64,000 nucleotides of DNA, taken from a virus (taxonomy: Duplodnaviria; Heunggongvirae; Uroviricota; Caudoviricetes). The translations under genes and the position numbers were made by a program. Shown here one piece after another: positions 9,471-18,463 of the stretch. Positions within the stretch are counted from its first letter, which is position 1. Every line of letters starts with the position of its first letter. The stretch lies in the IMG/VR virus record IMGVR_UViG_3300012983_000030; one strand, 5' to 3'. Below the pieces are notes generated by a model. The model saw only the letters and a list, made by a program, of their open reading frames with translations, was not told where the DNA came from and made no database searches.

Positions 9471-10229
9471 ATGTTAAATAAAGACAATCGAATGTATATA
9501 ATATTATTAAGTATATTTTTTATTTTTAATATAAATACAGTCGAGGCTAGAACAATCTATGCCAATTTGTTAAATAATCATGAGATTACAGCAAAATATG
9601 AGCATGGAGGTAAAGGATATCAAGCTATTGGCAAAGATAGTTATAAAGGATATTCGTACGGAAAATGGCAAATTTCTACAGAAAGAAGAAATAATAAGCC
9701 ATCTACTTTTGATTTTTTCTTAAAATATCTTAAAGAAAAAGCTCCTGTATTTTATACAGAATTGCATAAAGCGGGAGGTCAAGAAAAAGCATTTTCTGGA
9801 GACGTTAATTTTAGAAAAACTTGGAAAAAGTTAGCTTTAAATAAAGATTTTCAACAAAGTTATGATAATTTTATATTCGATACTCAGGTTATACCAGTTT
9901 ATACAAGATTAGATAACTCCGATAACATAAAATTAGATAGATTAACTACTTGGAGTTCTGAAAACAAAGCTATTCAAGCTGCAATAAAATCAACAATTAT
10001 TCAACATGGTTCAAATGGAGCATTTAATATACTTTCAAAAATCATGTTAGATAAAAACGTAGAAAATAAAGATATATTTTTGAAAAAACTATATGAGTAT
10101 CGAATATTTAGATTCCCTAGATATAAAAAAAGATATCTAGCAGAATATAATGATTTAAAAGATTATTTAAATTCTGAAAAATCTAAAATAGAAACGAAAT
10201 ATGCTAATTTACTTAAAATACCAACTTAA
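9471..10229 (+). CDS. Secreted lysozyme-like peptidoglycan hydrolase (VgrG3 C-terminal-like)
   Basis: Signal peptide ending VEA, then AKYEHGG, SYGKWQ, IIQHG, RY..E motifs. Confidence 0.65.
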   Translation: MLNKDNRMYIILLSIFFIFNINTVEARTIYANLLNNHEITAKYEHGGKGYQAIGKDSYKGYSYGKWQISTERRNNKPSTFDFFLKYLKEKAPVFYTELHKAGGQEKAFSGDVNFRKTWKKLALNKDFQQSYDNFIFDTQVIPVYTRLDNSDNIKLDRLTTWSSENKAIQAAIKSTIIQHGSNGAFNILSKIMLDKNVENKDIFLKKLYEYRIFRFPRYKKRYLAEYNDLKDYLNSEKSKIETKYANLLKIPT

Positions 10230-10241
10230 ATTGGAGATATA

Positions 10242-10910
10242 ATGCACATATTGTTGACATTTTTAAATGGATGTTGGTGGGGATTTTTACGTCGTTGGTA
10301 TGGCGGATTATTTCCTGATGAACAATATAAAATCTTAGGCAATAGAGGTTTGCAAACAACTTTTATGTTATTGTCTCTATTTCCTGTTATCTACCAACAA
10401 ACAGTATCCTTGTATTCGACATACTCTCAACTTTTTAATATAATATATGCTTCTTTAGTTACTGCATGGATACAATTCCAATTTTGGAGTAGAGGTCATG
10501 GAGGTACTTTCGCAGACATGGGAAGAACTATTAATCCAGATGTTTCGCGATATGACAGATGGTTTAAATGGCCATTAGATAAACTCTGGGATCTACTCTT
10601 ATACCTAAAAGAAAACTATTCTTTCTTTAGTTGGTTATTACAGCGTTGGTCTGGAAGAAGATATGGTTATACATATGACATGCTATATCATACTATACGA
10701 TATTCATTATGTATGGTTGTACCTTCCGTTGCTTTAAATAACTGGATATTTTTATTTATTGGTTTAATGTCTGCTCCGATATATGAATTAAACTTAAGAT
10801 TTTACGAAAAGTATAAATTTAAATGGATGGAAATATCCTGGTTAAATAGAGCAAATAAATTAACTGAAATTGAATATGGATTTTTATTTGGATTCTGTAT
10901 TCTATTATAA
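10242..10910 (+). CDS. Multi-pass membrane protein
   Basis: Several hydrophobic segments, Trp-rich; GGAG RBS. Confidence 0.65.
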   Translation: MHILLTFLNGCWWGFLRRWYGGLFPDEQYKILGNRGLQTTFMLLSLFPVIYQQTVSLYSTYSQLFNIIYASLVTAWIQFQFWSRGHGGTFADMGRTINPDVSRYDRWFKWPLDKLWDLLLYLKENYSFFSWLLQRWSGRRYGYTYDMLYHTIRYSLCMVVPSVALNNWIFLFIGLMSAPIYELNLRFYEKYKFKWMEISWLNRANKLTEIEYGFLFGFCILL

Positions 10911-10935
10911 TGTGTAAATAAAGTAGGAAGATGAG

Positions 10936-11031
10936 ATGTTAAGGAGAATATTATTTTTATTTGGAATATTTTCCTTAACTCTTTTTATAGAATTTATACT
11001 ATTAATATATTGGTTAATGAAAGAAGGGTAG
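10936..11031 (+). CDS. 31-aa single-TM micropeptide (not in ORF track)
   Basis: MLRRILFLFGIFSLTLFIEFILLIYWLMKEG; AGGA 7 nt upstream; stop lies 1 nt before the tdk ATG. Confidence 0.45.
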   Translation: MLRRILFLFGIFSLTLFIEFILLIYWLMKEG

Positions 11032-11032
11032 T

Positions 11033-11617
11033 ATGGCTAAATTAAAATTTTACTATGGTGTTATGGGTGCTGGAAAAACAACAGAATTAATTAAAACATA
11101 TGATATTTACAAAAGAAAAGGCCTAGACCCAGTTGTAATTAAGCCAATGATTGATGATAGAGAAGGTTCACAAAAAGGTTGGGGTACTACTTCATCTAGA
11201 TTAATAAAGAATCCAATTCCTGCTTACTATTTTGAAAACGCCAAAGATGAAATTTGGAAATTAGACTATGGAGTAATCTTAGTAGATGAAGCTCAATTTA
11301 TTAGTCGTGAAGATATCTTATTTTTAACAGATATAGTTGAAAAACAAAAGATAGATGTTATTGCGTATGGTCTAAAAACAGACGTTAATGGTAATTTATT
11401 CAAAGGAGCTGCAGATTTGTTAGTATTTGCAGATGAAACCAAAGAATTAGAAACTATATGTGAAAATCCAAACTGTCAAAATAAAGCTTCTATGCATCTT
11501 AGATATATTGATGGTGAATTAGACAAATCTGGTAATTCAGTAGCTATAGAAAAAGGAAATATTACATATAAATCAGTCTGTAGACCATGTTGGAATAATG
11601 TTCGCAAAGAACGTTAA
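11033..11617 (+). CDS. tdk: Thymidine kinase
   Basis: YGVMGAGKTT, KP.IDDR, LVDEAQF, YGLKTD, Zn-binding Cys incl. SVCR.C. Confidence 0.95.
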   Translation: MAKLKFYYGVMGAGKTTELIKTYDIYKRKGLDPVVIKPMIDDREGSQKGWGTTSSRLIKNPIPAYYFENAKDEIWKLDYGVILVDEAQFISREDILFLTDIVEKQKIDVIAYGLKTDVNGNLFKGAADLLVFADETKELETICENPNCQNKASMHLRYIDGELDKSGNSVAIEKGNITYKSVCRPCWNNVRKER

Positions 11618-11621
11618 ATAA

Positions 11622-11627
11622 GTTCTA
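11622..11627 (+). promoter_or_regulatory. Putative late-promoter motif GTTCTA for the tail operon
   Basis: Recurrent hexamer upstream of ATG 11673. Confidence 0.55.
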
Positions 11628-11672
11628 AATATTATATAAAATTTTTACAATTACTTTTAGATAAATAAGCAC

Positions 11673-12284
11673 ATGTTAAGACAATTACGTGAAATTCAGA
11701 GTCTTCAAGATCCTGTAAAACAATCACAAGTAGAATTTATAATTTCAGAAACACCTGGTTTATTACTTGCTAAATTAACACAAAAAGTTGCTGGTACTAT
11801 TTCAGGTAATACTAAAGTTGCAACAGCAAACGAATTGCGTTTACGTTGTACATCTTTTTCATATCCAAGTCCAAAAATAGGACAAACTGAATTAATTATT
11901 GGTGGTCACCGCCGTAGACTCGGTACTATTCAAAATAAATCTGGTGTATGGAGATGTAAAGTAACAGAAGATTTTGAAGGTGGTGTATTAAATATTATTC
12001 AAGCGTGGTGTGATTTAATTCATTCAAATATGCTTGGTACTAGACTACCTTCTGTTCTTTATCGTGGAACAGCACAAGTAATTTTAGGTGGCAACAATGG
12101 TGGTGGAAAAGTAAAAGGCGAAAAATTAGCAAAAAGAACTATTTGGTTAAAAGGTTTCTATCCTATTTCTTATAAAGTAAATGATATTAATCCAAACAGT
12201 TCTGATCCAGTCGATGTAGATATAGAATTTAACTATGATTATTATTCAGATAATAGTTATAGTTTATTGTCAATGTTAGGATAA
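11673..12284 (+). CDS. Tail tube-like protein (T4 gp19 fold)
   Basis: LRCTSFSYP, W.D, LKGFYP, F.YDY pattern; first gene of the tail operon. Confidence 0.65.
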   Translation: MLRQLREIQSLQDPVKQSQVEFIISETPGLLLAKLTQKVAGTISGNTKVATANELRLRCTSFSYPSPKIGQTELIIGGHRRRLGTIQNKSGVWRCKVTEDFEGGVLNIIQAWCDLIHSNMLGTRLPSVLYRGTAQVILGGNNGGGKVKGEKLAKRTIWLKGFYPISYKVNDINPNSSDPVDVDIEFNYDYYSDNSYSLLSMLG

Positions 12285-12288
12285 TTAT

Positions 12289-13053
12289 ATGAGTTTACGC
12301 TTTCAATCTGCTTTAAATATTGAAAATTTACCAGATGAACAAATTGATAACCAATTTGAAGTAATTATGCCTACATTAAATTTAGAGCATAGACATGAAG
12401 GTAGCGGCTGGTTTACTAAATTAACGTCAGCCGTTATCAATTCAATTAATGAATATACTCCTATTGTAGAAGAAATTGTATTTGGTGTTAGAAATTTTAA
12501 AACAAATACAAGACGTGTTCGTACCGGCTGGTGCAATGTTCCAGAAGATATCCAAAATTATCAAGACGTTTCCATTACTATGTTTTGCTCAGCCGGTATG
12601 TTAACTCAATATTATCTTGCTGCATGGAAAGCACTAATCTTTAATGAAGAAGGTGAATATTATAATCCAATGCAAGATTATAAAAAAAATATTGAAGTAT
12701 ACTTTTTTGGTCCAGGTAATATTGGAACAGTCGTTCCTCCGATTGCACATTTTACTTTAAAAGGCTGTTTTCCATATACTCAAGACCCTTTTAAATTAAG
12801 TTATAAAGATAATCCACAACGTTTACGTATTACTGCTAACTTTAAAGTTGATAAAATCGTTGTTGATAATAGCCTTAAATCAAGTTCTATAAAACAAGAA
12901 TTACTAACATCTCCAACACAATTGTTGAATACTGCTTTCACAAAAGCTACTTCTCTTGTAACAAAGACAATTGGATTGACAGATTACTCTGGAGTAAGAG
13001 ACTATTCTGTTAAAGATGTATATGGTATTCCTGATGAAAATGATGGTGCATAA
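12289..13053 (+). CDS. Tail tube-like / baseplate-tube initiator (gp54-like)
   Basis: W...IFN...Y....DYKK.I, LKGCFP, L.Y pattern. Confidence 0.55.
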   Translation: MSLRFQSALNIENLPDEQIDNQFEVIMPTLNLEHRHEGSGWFTKLTSAVINSINEYTPIVEEIVFGVRNFKTNTRRVRTGWCNVPEDIQNYQDVSITMFCSAGMLTQYYLAAWKALIFNEEGEYYNPMQDYKKNIEVYFFGPGNIGTVVPPIAHFTLKGCFPYTQDPFKLSYKDNPQRLRITANFKVDKIVVDNSLKSSSIKQELLTSPTQLLNTAFTKATSLVTKTIGLTDYSGVRDYSVKDVYGIPDENDGA

Positions 13054-13067
13054 AAAAGGAGAAACAG

Positions 13068-13820
13068 ATGGCACATGAATATTATGCAGTAGATTTACCT
13101 GGTAAGATGCTCTATGAAAAAGAGTTTAGTATCAGTAATCGAAGAATTACACCTATTGAACAAAAATATATTTTATCTCTTAGTCAAAAACAACAAAAAT
13201 CAAACAAAGACTATATAGATTTTATTAAAAAACTCGTTCAGTTTGATAATCCTGAAATGACTTTTGAACAATTATATTGGTTTGATGTTCAATATTTACT
13301 TTATCGTATTCGTTTTACTACTTATGAAAAATATCCAATTAAACTAACATTTACTTGTGATGGATATGATAAAGAAAACGATAAAGCTTGTAAAGAAAAA
13401 ATTACATTACCTCTTGAAATGGGTGATTTAATTATTAATACTCCAGATGATTTACCTGAATTAATAGATCATATTAATTTACAACAATTAGGTGAAACAA
13501 AAATTAGAAATAAAATAATGCAAGATGATATAGATATTGATGCATTTGTTAAATCTCGTCATTTAGATGACAAAGACCCTCAAATGAGACTCTTGCTTTT
13601 AGACTTGTGTTTAATTTCTAATGGACGTTCACTTGCTGAAATGTATGCTTTAGCAGAAGATGGTACTATTACTGCCGAAGATATTTTTCAAGTTGAAGAT
13701 TGGTTTAGAAATAACATCTGGGGCGTAAAAGAAGAAATGCTCGTAAAATGTCCTAAATGCGGAAAGGAGGAATCTAGAGCTTATATGTTAGCTTTAGAGG
13801 ACTTTTTTTCCATCGTTTGA
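13068..13820 (+). CDS. Baseplate hub / tail assembly chaperone (T4 gp26-like)
   Basis: LP at N-terminus, D..YLL..IR, C-terminal CPKCG...DFF. Confidence 0.7.
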   Translation: MAHEYYAVDLPGKMLYEKEFSISNRRITPIEQKYILSLSQKQQKSNKDYIDFIKKLVQFDNPEMTFEQLYWFDVQYLLYRIRFTTYEKYPIKLTFTCDGYDKENDKACKEKITLPLEMGDLIINTPDDLPELIDHINLQQLGETKIRNKIMQDDIDIDAFVKSRHLDDKDPQMRLLLLDLCLISNGRSLAEMYALAEDGTITAEDIFQVEDWFRNNIWGVKEEMLVKCPKCGKEESRAYMLALEDFFSIV

Positions 13821-13992
13821 TTTGAATGATATTCTTGAACGAGAATGGTGGTTAATGAATCAGCTAAAACTCGGTTATCAAGATATTCAAACAATGCCTT
13901 GGGAATATGTAGAGTGGTTTTATAATAGACACACTCAATATCTAATTGATTTAGAAAAAGAAAGAAATGAAGCGCAAAATAAGTTTGGATAG
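13804..13992 (+). CDS. gp51-like chaperone frame, probably reached by frameshift (not in ORF track)
   Basis: +1 frame from the T7 run: FFPSFDLNDILEREWWLMNQLKLGYQDIQTMPWEYVEWFYNRHTQYLIDLEKERNEAQNKFG; I..MPWE motif. Confidence 0.65.
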   Translation, partial: FFPSFDLNDILEREWWLMNQLKLGYQDIQTMPWEYVEWFYNRHTQYLIDLEKERNEAQNKFG

Positions 13993-14000
13993 TTGATAAA

Positions 14001-16361
14001 ATGGCTGATATAGCGTTACCAAAAAGTGATAATACAAAATTAGATAAAATCATAAATTTATTAGAAGATGTTAAGAAGGGCTTAGCATCTTCTACATCTA
14101 CTTTTGCTTCTTCAAGAAAAGGAAGAAACGCTGAACAAATCATAGAATCAGAAAAAGTAGCTCGACAAGAATTAATTACACAAAGAGAAGAAGCAAGACT
14201 TCGTACTCAATTAATCAAACTAACACGTGAAGAACTACGTTTAAGACAAGATAATCTTCGTCATGCAGAAGAAGAAAAACGGATACAAGAAAAAGAAAGA
14301 CAAAGACAAGAAGAAGAAAAGAAAAGGTATGAAGAATCTTATAAAGAAAGTAATATCTATAAATCAGCACAATCTGTAAAAAATGCTCCTTCTAGTGCTT
14401 TAACTAGTATTGGTATTTCTGCAGCAACAGGTGGTATAATAAATCCAGTTATTGCTCAAGCATTACAATTAGATAAAGTTGTCAACGCTGCTTTAATGGG
14501 TTTAGGTAAATCTATGACCAGAACAGAACGCGATAGTTCTGCAATTAATAACTTAGATAAAAATAAAATTCCTGATAAATTAGATAAAATCCAAGATAGC
14601 TTAGATACTATGTCTGGTAAAAACACAGGAGAACCAGAAGAAAAGAAATCAAATAAAGGTTTTCTTGGTAAAATATTAGGCACATTAGGAGGTTTAGTAA
14701 GTTCGGTTGTACCTAGTTTGCTTACTTTATTACCTGGTGCAGTAATGTTATTATTTCCAAAAATAAGTAATCTTGTAGAAAAAACACTAAATAATATGTT
14801 ATCTGGCATCGGTATGTCAGAAGGTACTGCAAGTACCGCCGCAGCTTTAATTACTGACTTTTTACCGGGTGCATTAATTGGTATGAAATTTGGTGGGTTT
14901 ACTGGTGCTATTATAGGTGGTATCGTAACATTAATTGCAAATAATATTGATACAATAGTAAAATGGTTTAATGATTTCGTAGATACTTTAGGCTCAAGTG
15001 GTGTTCTTCAAGGACTTGGTGGTGCTTTTAAAGGTATGTTTGATATCGTTTATGGCATTGGTGAATTTTTTGGTAGTGTAGTAGCCGGATTGGTAAACAC
15101 GATAAGTGAGGCCGCTGAATTTGTAATGGGAATACCTGGTATGACTAAACGCTTATGGGATAATACCAAAAAGTTTGCTTCAGAAACTTGGGATTCTACT
15201 AAAAAATTAGCAAGTGATACATGGGCAGCAACTAAAAGCTTAGCCTCTGCTAGTTGGGATTTAACAACCAAAACTTTTTCTGATGTTGGTACAGTTATTC
15301 AAAATAGAGCTACTCAAGTTTGGGGTGAAATAAAAGAATTTGCCAAAGACCCTTGGACATATACAAAAAACTTAGCTAAAAATACATGGGATTCAATATC
15401 TACTGCAGCAACTAGTATTTGGACAGATATTAAAGATTGGATTAAAGATAAATTCGGTAAAGCTATTCAAGGTTTTAAAGAATTCTGTGAAGATCCATTA
15501 GGTTTTGTTAAAAAGAAAGCGGTTGCTGTCGGTGAAGCAGTTAGTGAAAAAGTAGAAGCAGCCGGTAATTATATATTAGAAAAAGGTACTCAAGTAAAAG
15601 ATACTGCAAAAGAAATTGGAAACAATGTAATAAATTGGTTTAAAGATAAATTAGGAATCGCCGAAGGTGATCCTACTGGTGTAGCAGCAAATCCAGATTT
15701 TGGAGGAGTACCATTAAATTCTAATTTGGTTAGTATGAATGGTCCAATTCCACAATCTGTATTAAATAATTTACATGATACTCATGATACAGTTCTTGAT
15801 CCTTTACAATCTGCTTTAAATTCTGAATTTGGTTCAGGCCAATATAATGTAAAAGTTACATCATCATACAGAAGTCCGGCTTATAACAGAAAAGTAGGTG
15901 GTGCAACTAATTCTCGTCATTTAACAGGTACAGCAATGGATATTCAGGTGCCTGGTTTATCTAATGATAAAATTATAGGAGTACTTAATAAATATAATAT
16001 TCCATTTGGAAGAGCTATTGCAGAAAAAAATGGTCGTACATCTTGGGTACATTTAGAATATTCAAAAGGTCAAACACAACGTGGTGTCGTAGCTAGTATG
16101 ACAAACGGTGGAAGTTATAAATTAGAAACAAATGGAATTGCTTCATTAGATGGTCAAAATAGCATACAACTAGCAATGGGTAGTGGAAATACTATGACTT
16201 CTACTGAGCCTGAATCTAGCTCAGTTGTTGGTACAGATATGAGTTATTCTTCAGGTGGACAATCTGAAACACCGATTGTATATAATAACAATGTTTATCA
16301 AATGGAAAAATCTGTTTATCCGGTTGGTGATTCAGCAAGAACATTATTATTTACAACTTAA
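14001..16361 (+). CDS. Tape measure protein with C-terminal M15 peptidase domain
   Basis: Coiled coil, Gly-rich hydrophobic stretch, 11-residue Trp repeats; TSSYRS..YN..VGG..NSRH..G.A.D and WVH M15 motifs. Confidence 0.8.
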   Translation: MADIALPKSDNTKLDKIINLLEDVKKGLASSTSTFASSRKGRNAEQIIESEKVARQELITQREEARLRTQLIKLTREELRLRQDNLRHAEEEKRIQEKERQRQEEEKKRYEESYKESNIYKSAQSVKNAPSSALTSIGISAATGGIINPVIAQALQLDKVVNAALMGLGKSMTRTERDSSAINNLDKNKIPDKLDKIQDSLDTMSGKNTGEPEEKKSNKGFLGKILGTLGGLVSSVVPSLLTLLPGAVMLLFPKISNLVEKTLNNMLSGIGMSEGTASTAAALITDFLPGALIGMKFGGFTGAIIGGIVTLIANNIDTIVKWFNDFVDTLGSSGVLQGLGGAFKGMFDIVYGIGEFFGSVVAGLVNTISEAAEFVMGIPGMTKRLWDNTKKFASETWDSTKKLASDTWAATKSLASASWDLTTKTFSDVGTVIQNRATQVWGEIKEFAKDPWTYTKNLAKNTWDSISTAATSIWTDIKDWIKDKFGKAIQGFKEFCEDPLGFVKKKAVAVGEAVSEKVEAAGNYILEKGTQVKDTAKEIGNNVINWFKDKLGIAEGDPTGVAANPDFGGVPLNSNLVSMNGPIPQSVLNNLHDTHDTVLDPLQSALNSEFGSGQYNVKVTSSYRSPAYNRKVGGATNSRHLTGTAMDIQVPGLSNDKIIGVLNKYNIPFGRAIAEKNGRTSWVHLEYSKGQTQRGVVASMTNGGSYKLETNGIASLDGQNSIQLAMGSGNTMTSTEPESSSVVGTDMSYSSGGQSETPIVYNNNVYQMEKSVYPVGDSARTLLFTT

Positions 16362-16374
16362 AAACAAAATCTGT

Positions 16375-16403
16375 TTTACATTTGAGTTTTTTTATACTAT
16401 AAT
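16375..16403 (+). promoter_or_regulatory. sigma70-like promoter TTTACA-N17-TATAAT for the lipoprotein gene
   Basis: Near-consensus hexamers, 17-nt spacer, AGGAG RBS downstream. Confidence 0.75.
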
Positions 16404-16435
16404 GAATATATAGTGAATAAAAAAGGAGAACTGAA

Positions 16436-16987
16436 ATGAAAAAACTTAATATTATATTGCTTTTGGTATTTGTTTTAACAGGTTGTAGTACAACAAGAAT
16501 CTATCAAGAACCAAGTTCTAAATGTAAGTATGAGGTTACTGGTTTATCATGTAAAAATGAAATGATTTATCAACCAGAAAACGCTTTTGGTCAAAAAGTT
16601 AAAAAGAATCATACTATGTTTTGGTTTACGGATCAAGAACTTTGTGAGGAAATGGTAAAAGATCCAAAAAACCGTGAATTATTTAGTACTTATGGTGAAA
16701 TGCCAGCAGTAGATTGTGGAAATAGTAGAAATATGACCAATTTCTATGTATATTCCGATGGTGAAAGAGATGGGGAATTTTATTATATCATTACTTCACC
16801 GCTAATGGTAAAATATGCAGAAAGAGATCATGAACACCCATATGGATATGAAGAAGCGTTTAAAGCTGTATTTACTTCAAAAGCCGCGTTACAACTATTT
16901 CAACATTCATATAAGGATCATGTAACAACATTGTATGGATATTCTTTAAACCATGCAGAAAGAACAAGAGTTAAGAGGTTTGATTAA
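16436..16987 (+). CDS. Lipoprotein (moron-like insert)
   Basis: MKK + hydrophobic core + LTGC lipobox. Confidence 0.75.
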   Translation: MKKLNIILLLVFVLTGCSTTRIYQEPSSKCKYEVTGLSCKNEMIYQPENAFGQKVKKNHTMFWFTDQELCEEMVKDPKNRELFSTYGEMPAVDCGNSRNMTNFYVYSDGERDGEFYYIITSPLMVKYAERDHEHPYGYEEAFKAVFTSKAALQLFQHSYKDHVTTLYGYSLNHAERTRVKRFD

Positions 16988-16990
16988 TAA

Positions 16991-18055
16991 ATGGCTAATC
17001 CTTTAGTTTGGAATACTGCCGCAGAACGCGGAAATAAAGTAGCAAGTATAGGTACATCTGCTCTATATAATGATTCCGTGTCTTCAAATAGAGGTGTTAA
17101 ATATCATAAGTCTTTAGATTTCTCTAACGTTGGTATTCCACTTGATGGAGACACGGCTGGAAATGGCGGAGCTTTTAGACAATACCATCAAACTAGAATC
17201 TATATAAATAATTTTTCAGGAATGTATAGACATGGTTCAAAATCTCCTGATAATACAGATACATATTTAATTTCTGCAAACTTGCCTGAGAATATTGGTT
17301 ATTCTTTTGGTTCAAAATGGTCGGCTCCACTTAGCTCCTTTGGTGGAGCTAAAACCAATTTACTTATGCAAGTAGTCGGTTCAAAATGGGAAATCAATTC
17401 AGGTATTAACCGTGTAGCAACAATGAAAATTTGGGATGGAACAGAACCTCTTTCATTAAGTTTGAGAATTCCGGTTATTGATGACGGTTATGGAACTGAT
17501 AATAATCAAACTGGTTTAAGAACCAATTTAGTAGAAGCTTTAGAATTTCTTGGCTCATTATCTTTGCCAAGTGAAGCAGGTAGATTTGGATTTTATACAC
17601 CACCTCCTTCACCATTAAATCTAAGCATTAAGTATAAAAATATTTTTAGAGAAGGTGATAAACCTCAAGGTGCTGTAGATAAAACAATAGATTTACATCC
17701 TACTACTGCTAGAATCATGCTTCAATTAGGTGGTATTTTATTAATTGATAATTGTATAATTGAAAGTGTACGAGTTGATTATCCTAATACCAAAACTATG
17801 ATTAGACATAGTTATAAAAATATTTCAGAAATAGGTATGGGTGGTACTGATTATTTAACTCCATTATTAGCTTTTGTTACTATAAATATTACTACTATTG
17901 AAGCACTTACTGCAGACCATTTCAGTAAAATGCTTTGGTTAAAGCCAAACCAAGAATCTGGTAAAATGACTGCAGATTTTGCCGAATTACAAGATAAGGG
18001 AGGCTCAGCTATAGAAGGTCTTATGAGTGGAATGAGTAACATGTTTGGTAAATAG
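16991..18055 (+). CDS. Baseplate/tail-tube junction protein (gp48-like)
   Basis: Position after the tape measure gene; P.P...I.ESV.V.Y pattern. Confidence 0.5.
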   Translation: MANPLVWNTAAERGNKVASIGTSALYNDSVSSNRGVKYHKSLDFSNVGIPLDGDTAGNGGAFRQYHQTRIYINNFSGMYRHGSKSPDNTDTYLISANLPENIGYSFGSKWSAPLSSFGGAKTNLLMQVVGSKWEINSGINRVATMKIWDGTEPLSLSLRIPVIDDGYGTDNNQTGLRTNLVEALEFLGSLSLPSEAGRFGFYTPPPSPLNLSIKYKNIFREGDKPQGAVDKTIDLHPTTARIMLQLGGILLIDNCIIESVRVDYPNTKTMIRHSYKNISEIGMGGTDYLTPLLAFVTINITTIEALTADHFSKMLWLKPNQESGKMTADFAELQDKGGSAIEGLMSGMSNMFGK

Positions 18056-18066
18056 GATAACATCTC

Positions 18067-18462
18067 ATGGCAAATGATATAAATTTTGATTCTTTTTTTG
18101 ATGAAAAAATAACAGATAATAATGGTATACCAAGTACTGATATTAACGCTGGATTAAACAACTTACATAAATATTTTAATGAAGTTGCTAATAATTTATA
18201 CCCTATACAAAATTATCTTGTTGCTGAACATGAAGAAGGTTATCCTGATTTAGTAGCTAAAAATTCAATGTTAGGTGCTGCACAATATTGGTGGTGGCTT
18301 TTATTATTAAATAGATTAGATGATCCATTTGAAGATATAAAAGAAAATTTTGTATATTCTATTAATTCGCATGAGCAAATCAATAATATTATTGAAGGCT
18401 CTAATAATGCGAATGATAACGAAGACAATTCTAGAATTGGTACAGTAATTGAGTTAAACTAA
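18067..18462 (+). CDS. Baseplate wedge protein (gp53/LysM-like)
   Basis: PDLVA...G..YWW.LLLLN..DPF motif. Confidence 0.75.
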   Translation: MANDINFDSFFDEKITDNNGIPSTDINAGLNNLHKYFNEVANNLYPIQNYLVAEHEEGYPDLVAKNSMLGAAQYWWWLLLLNRLDDPFEDIKENFVYSINSHEQINNIIEGSNNANDNEDNSRIGTVIELN

Positions 18463-18463
18463 T

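Noticed and set aside
15140-15450. Periodic sequence as a CRISPR or tandem DNA repeat
   Set aside because: It is the 11-residue Trp periodicity of the tape measure protein, with no exact nucleotide repeats or spacers
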